Assembly: GCF_000025945.1 (NCBI RefSeq)
Contig: NC_006138.1
Location: 3,180,001 to 3,212,000 of the forward strand
Length of the DNA stretch: 32,000 nt
Reading direction: 5' to 3'
Source: Desulfotalea psychrophila LSv54
Lineage (GTDB): Bacteria > Desulfobacterota > Desulfobulbia > Desulfobulbales > Desulfocapsaceae
Under the pieces are notes generated by a model. The model ran no database searches, had not been told where the DNA came from, and was given only the letters and a program-made list of their open reading frames with translations. Position 1 is the first letter of the stretch. Every line of letters begins with the position of its first letter. Below, in pieces: positions 1 through 9,702 of this stretch. The position numbers and the translations under genes are program-made.

Positions 1-191
1 CGGGAAACCCCCATTTTTTCCCCTGCCTGTTCCTGGGTAAGACCTTCTCCATCACAGAGCCGAAGTGCCTCCAGCTCATCCTGATAAATTTCAACCTGTT
101 CTATCTCAGAGAGAGGCCGACCAGTAGGTTTAAAGGCTCGGCGACAAAAACTTCTCTGGCAATATCGAATTTTTTTAGGTCGTGGTGACAT
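1..191 (-). CDS. DUF134-like predicted DNA-binding protein, N-terminal part (truncated by window edge)
   Basis: Not in the supplied ORF track. Reverse-strand translation from ATG at 191 gives [64 protein letters not shown]..., open to the window edge. The RPxKxRxC...FKPxGxP...[11 protein letters not shown].QE.A...MGVSR pattern is typical of DUF134. Confidence 0.85.
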   Translation of the reverse strand, partial: [63 protein letters not shown]

Positions 192-674
192 AAATCTTCT
201 CAAATTTAGAAATAACGCTACTCAAAAGAGGCTACAGATGCCTCTAAAAACATTTTAGTAAAAGAGCTCTTACCGCTCTGGCCTACTCTTTCCTGAATAC
301 AGATCTTTTTATACCCCGCCTAGGCATATAAGGCAAACAAGTCCGTGAACAGACCAGCGATTAACAGTAGGCACCAGCTCTATAAATCTCTATCGATTAC
401 AAAAAACAGGCCTTGGGATTGAATTACTCTGGCCTTAATCCGCCAAACTTACTATGAGGAGTAGCAGGTCAGATGGTATTTCTGTTACTGAGCTTATAGA
501 ACGGGTATTATGCATAAAGACAGACAAACCGGTACACACCGTCAATATAATTTCCAGAGTAATCCAAGGCATTAAAACTACCAACAAGAAATAGACATAA
601 GCAGATCTATGCATTACATTATAGCCAATCTCAACACATAGTTTCACCAATTCTTACAAATAATTGCCCTTTTT

Positions 675-1256
675 ATGTCGAAAAAATCACTCCCTGCTTT
701 CTTAACTTTACTCTTGACCCTCTCTAGCCTTTTTTTACCCCAGGCTCAGGCTCAGGATCCGGAAAAACAGGCAATACTCTCTCAACTCACCGCTGCCAAC
801 TCCCAAAAAGATCTTCTCCTTTTTGGTAATCTAGAGAACAGCTTTAATGAAAGGGCAGTTGCAAGCCTGAAAAATGGCATAGCCCTACACTGTGATTTTT
901 TCGTGGAGCTCTACAAGACGGCCCCCAACTGGCCGGACGAACTGATCAACAATAAAACTTTCAAACACTCCATATCTTACAATACCCTTAAAGATGATTA
1001 CGTCATTAAGCTTCAGGAAAAAAAAGAGCACAATATTCGCTCCGCATCCCTCCATGAAGCCCAGAAAATATTCCAGCAACTCAACGATGTACAGGTAGTG
1101 CCACTCTCGCAACTCATCCCAGACCAGCAGTACACCATTCGTATCAGGGCTGAGCTTAGCCAAGAATCTCTGCCCCCCGGAGTGACAAACATTCTTCCCT
1201 TTGTGACAAGTTCAAATATAAAGACAAAGTGGTATCCCATTGAGTTTAAATACTAG
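675..1256 (+). CDS. DUF4390-like exported protein
   Basis: 193-aa ORF with signal peptide (LPAFLTLLLTLSSLFLPQAQA). Internal pattern and position directly upstream of an NtrY-like kinase fit DUF4390. Confidence 0.6.
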   Translation: MSKKSLPAFLTLLLTLSSLFLPQAQAQDPEKQAILSQLTAANSQKDLLLFGNLENSFNERAVASLKNGIALHCDFFVELYKTAPNWPDELINNKTFKHSISYNTLKDDYVIKLQEKKEHNIRSASLHEAQKIFQQLNDVQVVPLSQLIPDQQYTIRIRAELSQESLPPGVTNILPFVTSSNIKTKWYPIEFKY

Positions 1257-1279
1257 CTCAAAAAAACTACGGACGATCA

Positions 1280-3550
1280 ATGCATAATCTTGTAGACAAA
1301 AACAGCAGCAAATTCACCGAAGAGGAACAACGCCGACATAAACAAAAATTAATCCGTCGGGTAATTGTTCTCTGTCTTTGTCTCATCCCCCTTTTTATCT
1401 GGGTACAGAGCTATCTCGTCACCTCAAGGGGCGAGTCTAGCTTCAATAACAATATCCTGATATTTGCCCTCATCAATATAAACGTACTGCTGGTTCTTTT
1501 TGTCCTCTTTCTGGTATTACGTAATCTGGCCGAGCTCCTCTTTGAAAGACGAATCAGCAAACTTGGCAGAACACTTAAAACAAAACTCATTGCCTCTTTT
1601 CTCTCTCTCTCCCTCATACCAACCATCCTTCTTTTTTTTGTTGCCCTACAGTTTGTCTCCACCAGCATGGATTATTGGTTCAACACAAATATCGAAAATT
1701 CCCTTGAAGAGTCCCTTAAACTGGCCCAATCACTTTATCAGGATAAAAAAGAGCAGGCGGGTGACATAGGAAGAGCAATAGCCAAAACGCTTGAGGAAAA
1801 AGAGGGGCAAAAACAGAGCTCTGAAGATATTCAGCATATATTTAACAGTGCTACCTCCTACAATGGCATCGAGGGCCCAGATAGCATCAGCCTCATAGGC
1901 CATGAACAAAAGACAGAGGTCCAATCTCTTAGTGCAGATCTTGCCGGCATCTCTCTACCCAATATCCCCATCGCTACCCTGCAAAAGGTGAGAGAACAGC
2001 ACGTTCAGGAAATTTCCATCCAGGAAATCAAAGAAGGAGATCTTATTCGTAGTGTCAGAATAATCGAATGGGGGCAAGAGACTAAAGCGCCCATGATACT
2101 TGTTACCACCATCCTAATTAAACAGGTACAACTCGAACGCATGGAGACCATTTCCGACGGTATCGAGAGATATAGACAGCTCAAATATTTCAAAGAACCC
2201 TTTAAATTCTGGCTCCTGATCATCCTTCTCATTGTCACCCTACTGGTCATCTTTGCCGCTATCTGGTTTGGTATCTATATCGCCCGAGGCATCACCACTC
2301 CTCTGGAAAAAATTGTTGATGCCACCAAGAGGGTAGCCGACGGTGACCTTCAGTTTACCATGAGCAATGACTCCAATGACGAAATGGGTATGCTGATTGA
2401 CTCCTTCAATCAGATGACCAGTGATCTCTATGAAAGCAATGATCAACTCGAAAAAACCTACCAGGCCCTGATGATAAGCTCCCAAGAATCTGAGCAACGT
2501 CGAAGATATACAGAGATAATTTTACAAAATGTCTCCGCAGGCGTTATCTCCCTCGATGACCAGGGACGCATCACCACCGTTAACCATTTTGCAGAAAAAC
2601 TCCTCAACATCAACAAGGATCATTTTATAGGACTTACCTTTTCTCAGGTACTTCCCGCAAACCAAACAGATATCGTCAATGGCTTTATTAACGAGTTACG
2701 GGAGACAGGCAAGACCTCACTCCAGCAGCATATAAAACTTCAGGTGATGGGCAAGAGTTACTCACTGTTGATAAATTTCACTCACCTGGAAGATGAAAAC
2801 CACAGGTCACTTGGTTTTGTTTTGGTCTTTGACAATCTGACCAAACTGGAAAAAATGCAACGCATGGCGGCATGGCGCGAAGTTGCCAGGCGCATTGCCC
2901 ATGAGATTAAGAACCCACTCACCCCCATACAGCTCTCTGCCCAACGACTGCGCAGACGATATCCGGAAATACTGAAGGAAGAAAATAGCATCTTTGATCA
3001 ATGCACCTCGACAATCATCTCCCAGGTTGACGAGCTAAAAACCCTGGTCAGCGAATTTTCTCAATTTGCCAGAATGCCTAAGATTCAAAAAAACCCCGCC
3101 GATATTTATAGGCTAACCAAGAGAACGCTTATTCTTTATCAGGAAGCCCACAAACATATAGAATTTAGTTGCCATGCCGATGTGGATATTCCAATCTTCA
3201 GTTTCGATGCTGAACAAATAGGGCGATGCCTGATCAACCTGCTCGATAATGCGGTTGCAGTTTTACCGGACAAAGGTACAATACATATAGAGCTCACTCT
3301 TGCCCAAGAAACAGAAACTGTACTTATCAAAGTTGCCGATGATGGCCCCGGTATTTCAAAGGAAAATAGAGGTAAACTTTTTGAGCCCTATTTCTCCACC
3401 AAAAAAACCGGCACGGGGCTTGGGTTGGCCATTGTCTCCACCATTGTTGCCGACCATAATGGTTATATCCGGGTACAAGAAAATACCCCGAAGGGCTCTC
3501 TGTTCATAATAGAACTCCCCCTGACGAGCGAAAAAGAGATAACGAAATAA
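1280..3550 (+). CDS. NtrY-like membrane sensor histidine kinase
   Basis: 756 aa; N-terminal TM segments, HAMP (ARGITTPLEKIVDATKRVADGDL), PAS-like region, HisKA (RRIAHEIKNPLTPIQLSAQRL), HATPase (NLLDNAV, DDGPGI, GTGLGLAIV). Confidence 0.93.
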   Translation: MHNLVDKNSSKFTEEEQRRHKQKLIRRVIVLCLCLIPLFIWVQSYLVTSRGESSFNNNILIFALININVLLVLFVLFLVLRNLAELLFERRISKLGRTLKTKLIASFLSLSLIPTILLFFVALQFVSTSMDYWFNTNIENSLEESLKLAQSLYQDKKEQAGDIGRAIAKTLEEKEGQKQSSEDIQHIFNSATSYNGIEGPDSISLIGHEQKTEVQSLSADLAGISLPNIPIATLQKVREQHVQEISIQEIKEGDLIRSVRIIEWGQETKAPMILVTTILIKQVQLERMETISDGIERYRQLKYFKEPFKFWLLIILLIVTLLVIFAAIWFGIYIARGITTPLEKIVDATKRVADGDLQFTMSNDSNDEMGMLIDSFNQMTSDLYESNDQLEKTYQALMISSQESEQRRRYTEIILQNVSAGVISLDDQGRITTVNHFAEKLLNINKDHFIGLTFSQVLPANQTDIVNGFINELRETGKTSLQQHIKLQVMGKSYSLLINFTHLEDENHRSLGFVLVFDNLTKLEKMQRMAAWREVARRIAHEIKNPLTPIQLSAQRLRRRYPEILKEENSIFDQCTSTIISQVDELKTLVSEFSQFARMPKIQKNPADIYRLTKRTLILYQEAHKHIEFSCHADVDIPIFSFDAEQIGRCLINLLDNAVAVLPDKGTIHIELTLAQETETVLIKVADDGPGISKENRGKLFEPYFSTKKTGTGLGLAIVSTIVADHNGYIRVQENTPKGSLFIIELPLTSEKEITK

Positions 3551-3618
3551 TCCCCCAAAATAACTTGAACCCTTCAAGCGTCCCAGAACGTTAGAACTCT
3601 ACCAGGACAGGATCCTCT

Positions 3619-4983
3619 ATGGCAAAGCGCGTACTTATTATTGATGACGAGGCAAGTATTCGTATAACACTTCAGGGTATTCTTGAAGATGAAGGCTTTC
3701 AAACTCTCGCCTGCGCATCGGCTGAAGAGGGAATTGAACTCCTTGAAAAAGAGATCATTGACATTGTCCTACTCGATATCTGGTTGGGTGATAACATGGA
3801 TGGACTCACCGCCCTTGAAATAATCCACGAGCGCTTCTCTCTTCCCGTTATCATGATTTCCGGCCACGGCAATGTAGAAACAGCCGTACAAGCCACCAAA
3901 AAGGGGGCCTTTGATTTTATAGAAAAGCCCCTTTCCTACGAAAAAATTCTGGTCGCCATCACAAACGGCCTTCGTTTTGCTAACCTCGAAAAGGAAAATA
4001 TTCTTCTTCGGGAAAATCGCCACAAACAGACAAACCTCACAGGAAAATCTGCCGCAATTCAAATTGTCAAAAAGCAGATTGCAACGGTCGCACCAACAGA
4101 GGCATGGGTTCTTATTCGCGGAGAACATGGCACCGGCAAGGAGCTGGTTGCCCAATCTATCCATAGCCTCTCGCGTGCCAGCAATCAGCCCATGGTAGAA
4201 ATCAACTGTGCCGCTATTCCGGAAGAGTTAATTGAATCCGAACTATTTGGCCATGAAAAAGGTTCTTTTACCGGTGCCCATAACAGTAAAAGAGGCAAAT
4301 TCGATCAGGCCAATGGCGGCATACTCTTTCTCGATGAAATTGGCGACATGAGTATGACCACCCAGTCAAAAATTTTACGCATCCTCCAGGAGCAGAAATT
4401 TGAGCGGGTGGGCGGAAATAAGACGATCAAGGTCAATGTACGCGTTCTCGCTGCCACTAACAAAAATCTCGAAGAGGAGATAGAGGCGGGCAATTTCAGA
4501 GCAGATCTTTTCTGGCGACTGAACGTGGTACCTATTCATGTCCCCCCACTCAAGGAGAGAATGGAGGACATTCCTCTCCTCGTTGAAAACCTGCTCGAAC
4601 AGCTTATCCATAAGGGTTTACAAAAAAAGACCTTTGGCGAAGACGCCTACCGGGCCCTGCAAAGCCACGATTGGCCCGGAAACGTCAGAGAGCTTCGTAA
4701 TTTTATAGAAAGAGTTGTTATTATGACACCGGGAGAGGTCATCTCCGGCAGTGATACCGAGCTCTTTCTCATGGGAGGGTCTAGCAAACTGCCCACAGGT
4801 AAGACGGATCTGCCCAGCTGGTTTTCCCAGGACTATAAAACCGCCAAAAAAATCTTTGAGAAAAAGTATCTCAAAGAACGGTTGGAACAAAACGATGGTA
4901 ACGTCTCCCGCACCGCAGAGCAGGTAGGGCTTGAGCGTAGCCATCTTCACAAAAAGCTGAAGTCTCTTGAAATAATAGACTAG
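3619..4983 (+). CDS. NtrC/NtrX-family sigma54-dependent response regulator
   Basis: 454 aa; receiver (IDDEASIR, VLLDIWLGDNMDG), AAA+ (GEHGTGKELVA, ESELFGHEKGSFTGA, GGILFLDEI), Fis-type HTH at C-terminus (TAEQVGLERSHLHKKLKSL). Confidence 0.95.
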   Translation: MAKRVLIIDDEASIRITLQGILEDEGFQTLACASAEEGIELLEKEIIDIVLLDIWLGDNMDGLTALEIIHERFSLPVIMISGHGNVETAVQATKKGAFDFIEKPLSYEKILVAITNGLRFANLEKENILLRENRHKQTNLTGKSAAIQIVKKQIATVAPTEAWVLIRGEHGTGKELVAQSIHSLSRASNQPMVEINCAAIPEELIESELFGHEKGSFTGAHNSKRGKFDQANGGILFLDEIGDMSMTTQSKILRILQEQKFERVGGNKTIKVNVRVLAATNKNLEEEIEAGNFRADLFWRLNVVPIHVPPLKERMEDIPLLVENLLEQLIHKGLQKKTFGEDAYRALQSHDWPGNVRELRNFIERVVIMTPGEVISGSDTELFLMGGSSKLPTGKTDLPSWFSQDYKTAKKIFEKKYLKERLEQNDGNVSRTAEQVGLERSHLHKKLKSLEIID

Positions 4984-5026
4984 GCCAACATTAAAAACAT
5001 AGCTTACAACACTATAGGAGAACTCC

Positions 5027-6007
5027 ATGGTCTTCCCAGAATATCGTCCACGTCGCATGCGCCAAAGCGCCACCTTTCGTGGTCTTATACGTGAAACCCA
5101 ACTCAACTCTGACCAACTTATCTACCCCCTCTTTGTTATGCCAGGCAAAAACAAATGTGAAGAAATTTCTTCTATGCCTGGAGTATTTCGAGTAAGCGTT
5201 GATATGCTTGGTCAGGAGTGCCGTGACTGTCTGGATCTGGGCATTAAAAGTGTCATTCTCTTTGGCCTGCCAGAGACAAAGGATGCCATGGGCACCGGTG
5301 CCCACGATAAAAATGGTATTATCCAAAAAGCCATCCGGGAAATCAAAAACAAGACTCCCGAAATGCTTGTTATAACCGACGTCTGTCTCTGCGAATACAC
5401 CGACCACGGTCACTGTGGCTGTATCATAGATAACGATGTTGATAACGATACCACTCTGGAGATTCTTGCCAAGACAGCCCTCTCCCATGCCCAGGCAGGA
5501 GCCGACATGGTGGCACCATCGGATATGATGGATGGCAGAGTCGCAGAGATACGCGCGGCCCTGGATGAACATAATTTTGATTCTATCCCCATTATGTCCT
5601 ATGCGGTAAAATACGCATCTGCCTTTTATGGTCCATTTCGTGATGCGGCGGACTGCTCACCCCAATTTGGTGACCGAAAAACCTATCAGATGGACCCGGC
5701 AAACAGCCGCGAGGCAATGCGCGAGGCCACCCTTGACGTTGACGAGGGTGCCGACATCCTGATGGTAAAACCTGCAGTTGCCTATATGGACATTATCAGC
5801 CGACTACGAGACGAATTTGATCTACCCATTGCTGCCTATCACGTCAGCGGAGAGTACGCCATGATCAAAGCCGCCGCAGAAAAAGGTTGGATTGACGGTG
5901 ACAAGGTTATGGAAGAGACCCTGCTCTCCCTTCGTCGAGCGGGTGCCGATATGATCATCACCTATTTTGCCAAGGATATGGCAAAGATATTAAAAGAGCG
6001 CAGATAG
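5027..6007 (+). CDS. hemB: Delta-aminolevulinic acid dehydratase (porphobilinogen synthase)
   Basis: 326 aa with DVCLCEYTDHGHCG zinc site, MVAPSDMMDGR, SYAVKYASAFYGPFRDAA, MVKPA; full-length HemB. Confidence 0.97.
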   Translation: MVFPEYRPRRMRQSATFRGLIRETQLNSDQLIYPLFVMPGKNKCEEISSMPGVFRVSVDMLGQECRDCLDLGIKSVILFGLPETKDAMGTGAHDKNGIIQKAIREIKNKTPEMLVITDVCLCEYTDHGHCGCIIDNDVDNDTTLEILAKTALSHAQAGADMVAPSDMMDGRVAEIRAALDEHNFDSIPIMSYAVKYASAFYGPFRDAADCSPQFGDRKTYQMDPANSREAMREATLDVDEGADILMVKPAVAYMDIISRLRDEFDLPIAAYHVSGEYAMIKAAAEKGWIDGDKVMEETLLSLRRAGADMIITYFAKDMAKILKERR

Positions 6008-6015
6008 AGCTCCAA

Positions 6016-6047
6016 GGAGTCTGGAGAGTTCTCACCCTTCAGACTCC
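6016..6047. terminator. Possible transcription terminator/hairpin between convergent hemB and VanZ-like gene
   Basis: GGAGTCTG(6016-6023)/CAGACTCC(6040-6047), extendable to an 11-bp stem with one G-T wobble. No strong T-tract; overlaps the 3' end of the VanZ-like CDS. Confidence 0.4.
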
Positions 6048-6454
6048 ATCAGCTTCACCTCCTGCCACCTCCTCCCCTGCCAAAAGCCAAGCGCCACCAC
6101 TATCCCACCAAAGAGATCTGCTATAATATCACCAGCGCTGACATCACGACCGGGGACAAAGGACTGATGAAATTCATCGGAAATACCATAGAGCAGAACA
6201 ATAAAGACAAGATAGAGACAGGCCTTGAGCACATTTTCATCTCTCCACCTCTTGAAAAAGGCAATAAGAATGGTCGAGGCCAGGGTGCCATAGGCAACAA
6301 AATGGGCCACCTTATCAACGCCTGCAAAGGCTGGAAGATGGAGGCTGTCGCCTGGTTGGTTGGACAAAAAGAAAATGATTCCCATAACAAAGAGCATGGG
6401 AACCATTCGAACAACAAGGCTAGGCATCTGCCTATTCACTAGGCTGGGTAACAT
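6032..6454 (-). CDS. VanZ-like small membrane protein
   Basis: ORF track gives 6032..6562, but ATG at 6454 (MLPSLVNRQMPSLVVRMVPMLFVMG...) reduces the overlap with the upstream gene. Motifs: FFLSNQPG, DKVAHFVAYGTLA, DEFHQSFVPGRDVSAGDIIADLFGG. Confidence 0.8.
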   Translation of the reverse strand: MLPSLVNRQMPSLVVRMVPMLFVMGIIFFLSNQPGDSLHLPAFAGVDKVAHFVAYGTLASTILIAFFKRWRDENVLKACLYLVFIVLLYGISDEFHQSFVPGRDVSAGDIIADLFGGIVVALGFWQGRRWQEVKLMESEG

Positions 6455-6944
6455 GTACCTGTTGGAGCTCACTTGCAGTAAATTTCTTCCGTATTCTGCG
6501 GACAGCGGCACTGATCTCATGACTTGGGGCATCGGCAAGAACCGAGACAACCTTATCTGCATAGGCGGTCATCTCAAATTGTTTGTCCTGAATGGCAAAG
6601 GTATGGCTCCAGTTAATCTCAATGGTTTCCGGATTTTCATCAATGGGTGGCTCTAACCTTTCACCACCCCTTGCCAGCTGCACACAATCACATTCTGTCA
6701 TCTCAAGTAGCCAGGCATCGCCAGCAGCCGTTGAGTAAAAATAGAAGACACCGAGCTCTTTCTGGACGACTTTCTTATTTTCAGCCGCAAGCTGAACATC
6801 TTCGACCCCACCCATCAGGGTTATTTTCAGGGCCTGCTCCGGAGTGAGTGGAACCTGCTTTTCAGCTACCTTTAAGCCACAACAGTGCTTAAATTTTTTG
6901 CCACTTCTACAGGGACAGGGCTCATTTCTACCAATTTTTGCCAT
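6432..6944 (-). CDS. SEC-C motif-containing protein
   Basis: MAKIGRNEPCPCRSGKKFKHCCG is a canonical SEC-C zinc motif, here at the N-terminus. Confidence 0.85.
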   Translation of the reverse strand: MAKIGRNEPCPCRSGKKFKHCCGLKVAEKQVPLTPEQALKITLMGGVEDVQLAAENKKVVQKELGVFYFYSTAAGDAWLLEMTECDCVQLARGGERLEPPIDENPETIEINWSHTFAIQDKQFEMTAYADKVVSVLADAPSHEISAAVRRIRKKFTASELQQVHVTQPSE

Positions 6945-6989
6945 AGTGCACCTAGGTTAAAATAGTTGGACGATTATTCATATGCGAAA

Positions 6990-9179
6990 CTACGAACATT
7001 TACTGTAGCCACAGTCATGACATGTTTCGCATCCTTCTTCAAAACGGAGTGTTCCTGAACACTCAGGACAGATACTTGCGAATCCATTTTGCGTACCTGC
7101 CAGGAACGATTTGAACAGTTTACTCAACTGAGCTGGGAGGTCAAGCATATGTCCACTTGAGCGATCAAGTTGTTTAATAATTTCAGCCATTGGCACCCCA
7201 AAACGAAGGGCAAGAGAGACAACACGGCAGGTGGTTGTCCACATGGTTGACTTATCCTTGAGATCCACCCTGTTATCAAATGGAAATTTAGCAAAAACCT
7301 CCATGGGCATCTCATTTTCATCAAAACAGACAATGATATAGACAGATTTCTGGTCTTGGTCCTTAAGCTTATAACGTTTTGCATCAAGGATATCAGGAAG
7401 ATTACGCTTGCCGACAAACCCTGTCTCTGAAACCATAGCCGATTTCTCACTGGCCCTTGACTGTTCCGTTGTATTAAGTACCTGATCATCACGGGAACCA
7501 TCACGATAGACGGTCAACCCCTTACAGCCAAGCTTATAGCCGCTGATATAGGAGTACTTCACATCTTCTCGAGTGGCAGTTTTGGGCAGGTTAATAGTCT
7601 TAGAAATGGAACTATCCACACCGCTATTTTGCAATATCGCCTGCATACGAATATGATCTTCCGGAGAAATATCCTGGGCTGTACGAAACGCCTCCTGCCA
7701 TTTTTCTGGGATCTCGGCATGACCGACAACGGTACCACTTTCAGCCACCTTTACCATCAGATCATCGGAATAAAAGCCCTGCTCCCTGGCAATTTTTTCA
7801 AAGTGCTTATTAACCATCAGAAGCCTGTCACCATCCATGACGTGCTTCATCATAACAATGGAGAAATAGGGCTCACAGCCAGAGGCACAATCGGCAATCA
7901 TAGAAACAGTGCCCGTTGGCTGAATGGAGGTCAGAGCGGCATTACGACGGGCAGGATATAAATTTATCTCTGCATCGTAGGCCGGAAAGGCACCCTTCTC
8001 TTCGGCAAGTTTTCGAGACTGTTCTTCACACCTGTCACGAATAAACTGCATAACTTCAGCGGCAAGCAAACGCCCCTCTTCACTCCCATAGGGAATGGCA
8101 AGTTGGATAAGCAGATCATGAAGCCCCATAATCCCCAGACCTATTTTCCTCGTCTTAAGGGTCATTTCACCTATTTCAGGAATCGGAAAAACATTACAGT
8201 CAATAACATTATCAAGAAAACAGGTGGCCGTCTTAACGATCTGACCAAGACGAGAATAATCAACCTCGTCATTTTTTACAAAATTGCCAAGATTAATTGA
8301 CCCAAGGTTACAGCTCTCATAGGGCAAAAGCCACTGCTCACCGCAGGGATTGGTTGCCTCAAAATCACCGAGCTGAGGAGTGGTATTATCCCTGTTGGCC
8401 GCATCAATAAACAAAACCCCTGGCTCACCATTATGCCAGGCTAGGTCAACAATTTTAGCAAAAACCTCCACCGCATTAAGCTGGCCCATAACCTCGCCAG
8501 TGCTGGGTTCAATAAGATCATACTCTTTATCTGCCTCAAGGGCAGCCATAAAGAGATCTGTAATGGCAACACTAAAATTAAAGTTATTAAACTTGTCCTG
8601 ATCCTCTTTGGCGCTGATAAATGCCATAATATCAGGGTGATCAACACGTAAAACGCCCATATTTGCCCCCCGTCTTTTCCCCCCCTGCTTGATAGTTTCA
8701 GTAGCAGCATCAAAAACTGCAGCAAAAGAGAGCGGCCCGGAGGCAACACCATGAGTTGATTTAACCGAGGCATTACAGGCTCGAATCCGAGAAAAAGAAT
8801 AGCCCGTACCACCGCCCGTCTTATGAACGAGGGCTCCATTACGGATAGCGGTAAAAATACCATCCATACTATCCTCAACCGGCAAAACAAAACAGGCGGA
8901 GAGTTGACCTATCTCGGTTCCCGCATTCATCAAACAGGGAGAATTGGGCAAAAAGTCCAACTGATAAATCATAGTAAAAAAATCATCACGAAGCTGTTTG
9001 ATCCCTGTGACTTCATTTTTACCTGTAGCGTCCTCAGGAGCTACAGCCTCCGCTACTCGATGAGCCAAGGCCTTCCAATCTTCCAACGAATTTCCAGCAT
9101 CATCTTTTAAATAGTAACGCCGAGCAAGTACAGTCTCAGCGGTCGTCGTCAACACCTGTTCCATCACATCAGGAGCCAT
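6990..9179 (-). CDS. nrdJ: Vitamin B12-dependent (class II) ribonucleoside-diphosphate reductase
   Basis: ORF extends to 9347 but the likely start is ATG at 9179 (MAPDVMEQVL...). Contains FLPNSPCLMNAG, GGGTGYSFSRIR, NPCGEQWLLPYESCNLGSINL, PTGTVSMIADCASGCEPYF, and a C-terminal CPEC...CHDCGYSKC zinc-binding tail. Confidence 0.93.
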   Translation of the reverse strand: MAPDVMEQVLTTTAETVLARRYYLKDDAGNSLEDWKALAHRVAEAVAPEDATGKNEVTGIKQLRDDFFTMIYQLDFLPNSPCLMNAGTEIGQLSACFVLPVEDSMDGIFTAIRNGALVHKTGGGTGYSFSRIRACNASVKSTHGVASGPLSFAAVFDAATETIKQGGKRRGANMGVLRVDHPDIMAFISAKEDQDKFNNFNFSVAITDLFMAALEADKEYDLIEPSTGEVMGQLNAVEVFAKIVDLAWHNGEPGVLFIDAANRDNTTPQLGDFEATNPCGEQWLLPYESCNLGSINLGNFVKNDEVDYSRLGQIVKTATCFLDNVIDCNVFPIPEIGEMTLKTRKIGLGIMGLHDLLIQLAIPYGSEEGRLLAAEVMQFIRDRCEEQSRKLAEEKGAFPAYDAEINLYPARRNAALTSIQPTGTVSMIADCASGCEPYFSIVMMKHVMDGDRLLMVNKHFEKIAREQGFYSDDLMVKVAESGTVVGHAEIPEKWQEAFRTAQDISPEDHIRMQAILQNSGVDSSISKTINLPKTATREDVKYSYISGYKLGCKGLTVYRDGSRDDQVLNTTEQSRASEKSAMVSETGFVGKRNLPDILDAKRYKLKDQDQKSVYIIVCFDENEMPMEVFAKFPFDNRVDLKDKSTMWTTTCRVVSLALRFGVPMAEIIKQLDRSSGHMLDLPAQLSKLFKSFLAGTQNGFASICPECSGTLRFEEGCETCHDCGYSKCS

Positions 9180-9702
9180 AATTACCTCTTTGTAAATATC
9201 ATTTTTATATTGAATTAAATAGAAATAGTTTGCAGGATATCCTTTCCTGTTCAATGACAAGAACACCATATAACCCCAGAAGACAGCAAAAATATCTAGG
9301 GTGGGTATACACCATACGCAGGGGGCGCTCAACAACAAAACCGCCATATATGGACAGTCAGACCATTAACCCCCTATTCCCCTCGGCTTCAGAACTTATT
9401 TATTTTTGCAACTGTTTTCAAAGAATAAACAACCAGCGCCGCCCTCTTTCTTTTATCAGCAACTGAAAAAGAGGAGAGCCGCCAAACCATTTTCCAAGCA
9501 AAAAATAAAGCAACAATCACTCTTGTCCCACCACTTATCCTTGGCAGAATTGCAGCCTTTGCCGGCAAAGCTATTGCCAAAGAGATAAAAAGAAATAGAA
9601 TTTGATCTAGGTCAAAGTGTAAAATGCTTCCTCGGGTTACATTGACACCATTGAAGCAGTCCTGGTCAAAACGAGAAATAAAAATAGCTGCCGGAGGGCA
9701 AG

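Noticed and set aside
435-650. 71-aa minus-strand ORF
   Set aside because: Short and hydrophobic with no family match; insufficient support.
4618-5106. 162-aa minus-strand ORF
   Set aside because: Antisense to the 3' end of the sigma54 regulator and the start of hemB, both strongly supported; no recognisable motifs.
5012-5572. 186-aa minus-strand ORF
   Set aside because: Fully antisense to hemB; shadow ORF.
8441-8890. 149-aa minus-strand ORF
   Set aside because: Lies inside nrdJ in another frame; nrdJ motifs cover the region.
9180-9702. Possible cobalamin riboswitch or NrdR boxes upstream of nrdJ
   Set aside because: Searched by eye on both strands for a B12-box and paired NrdR boxes; none found. 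Absence by eye is not proof; an Infernal scan would settle it.
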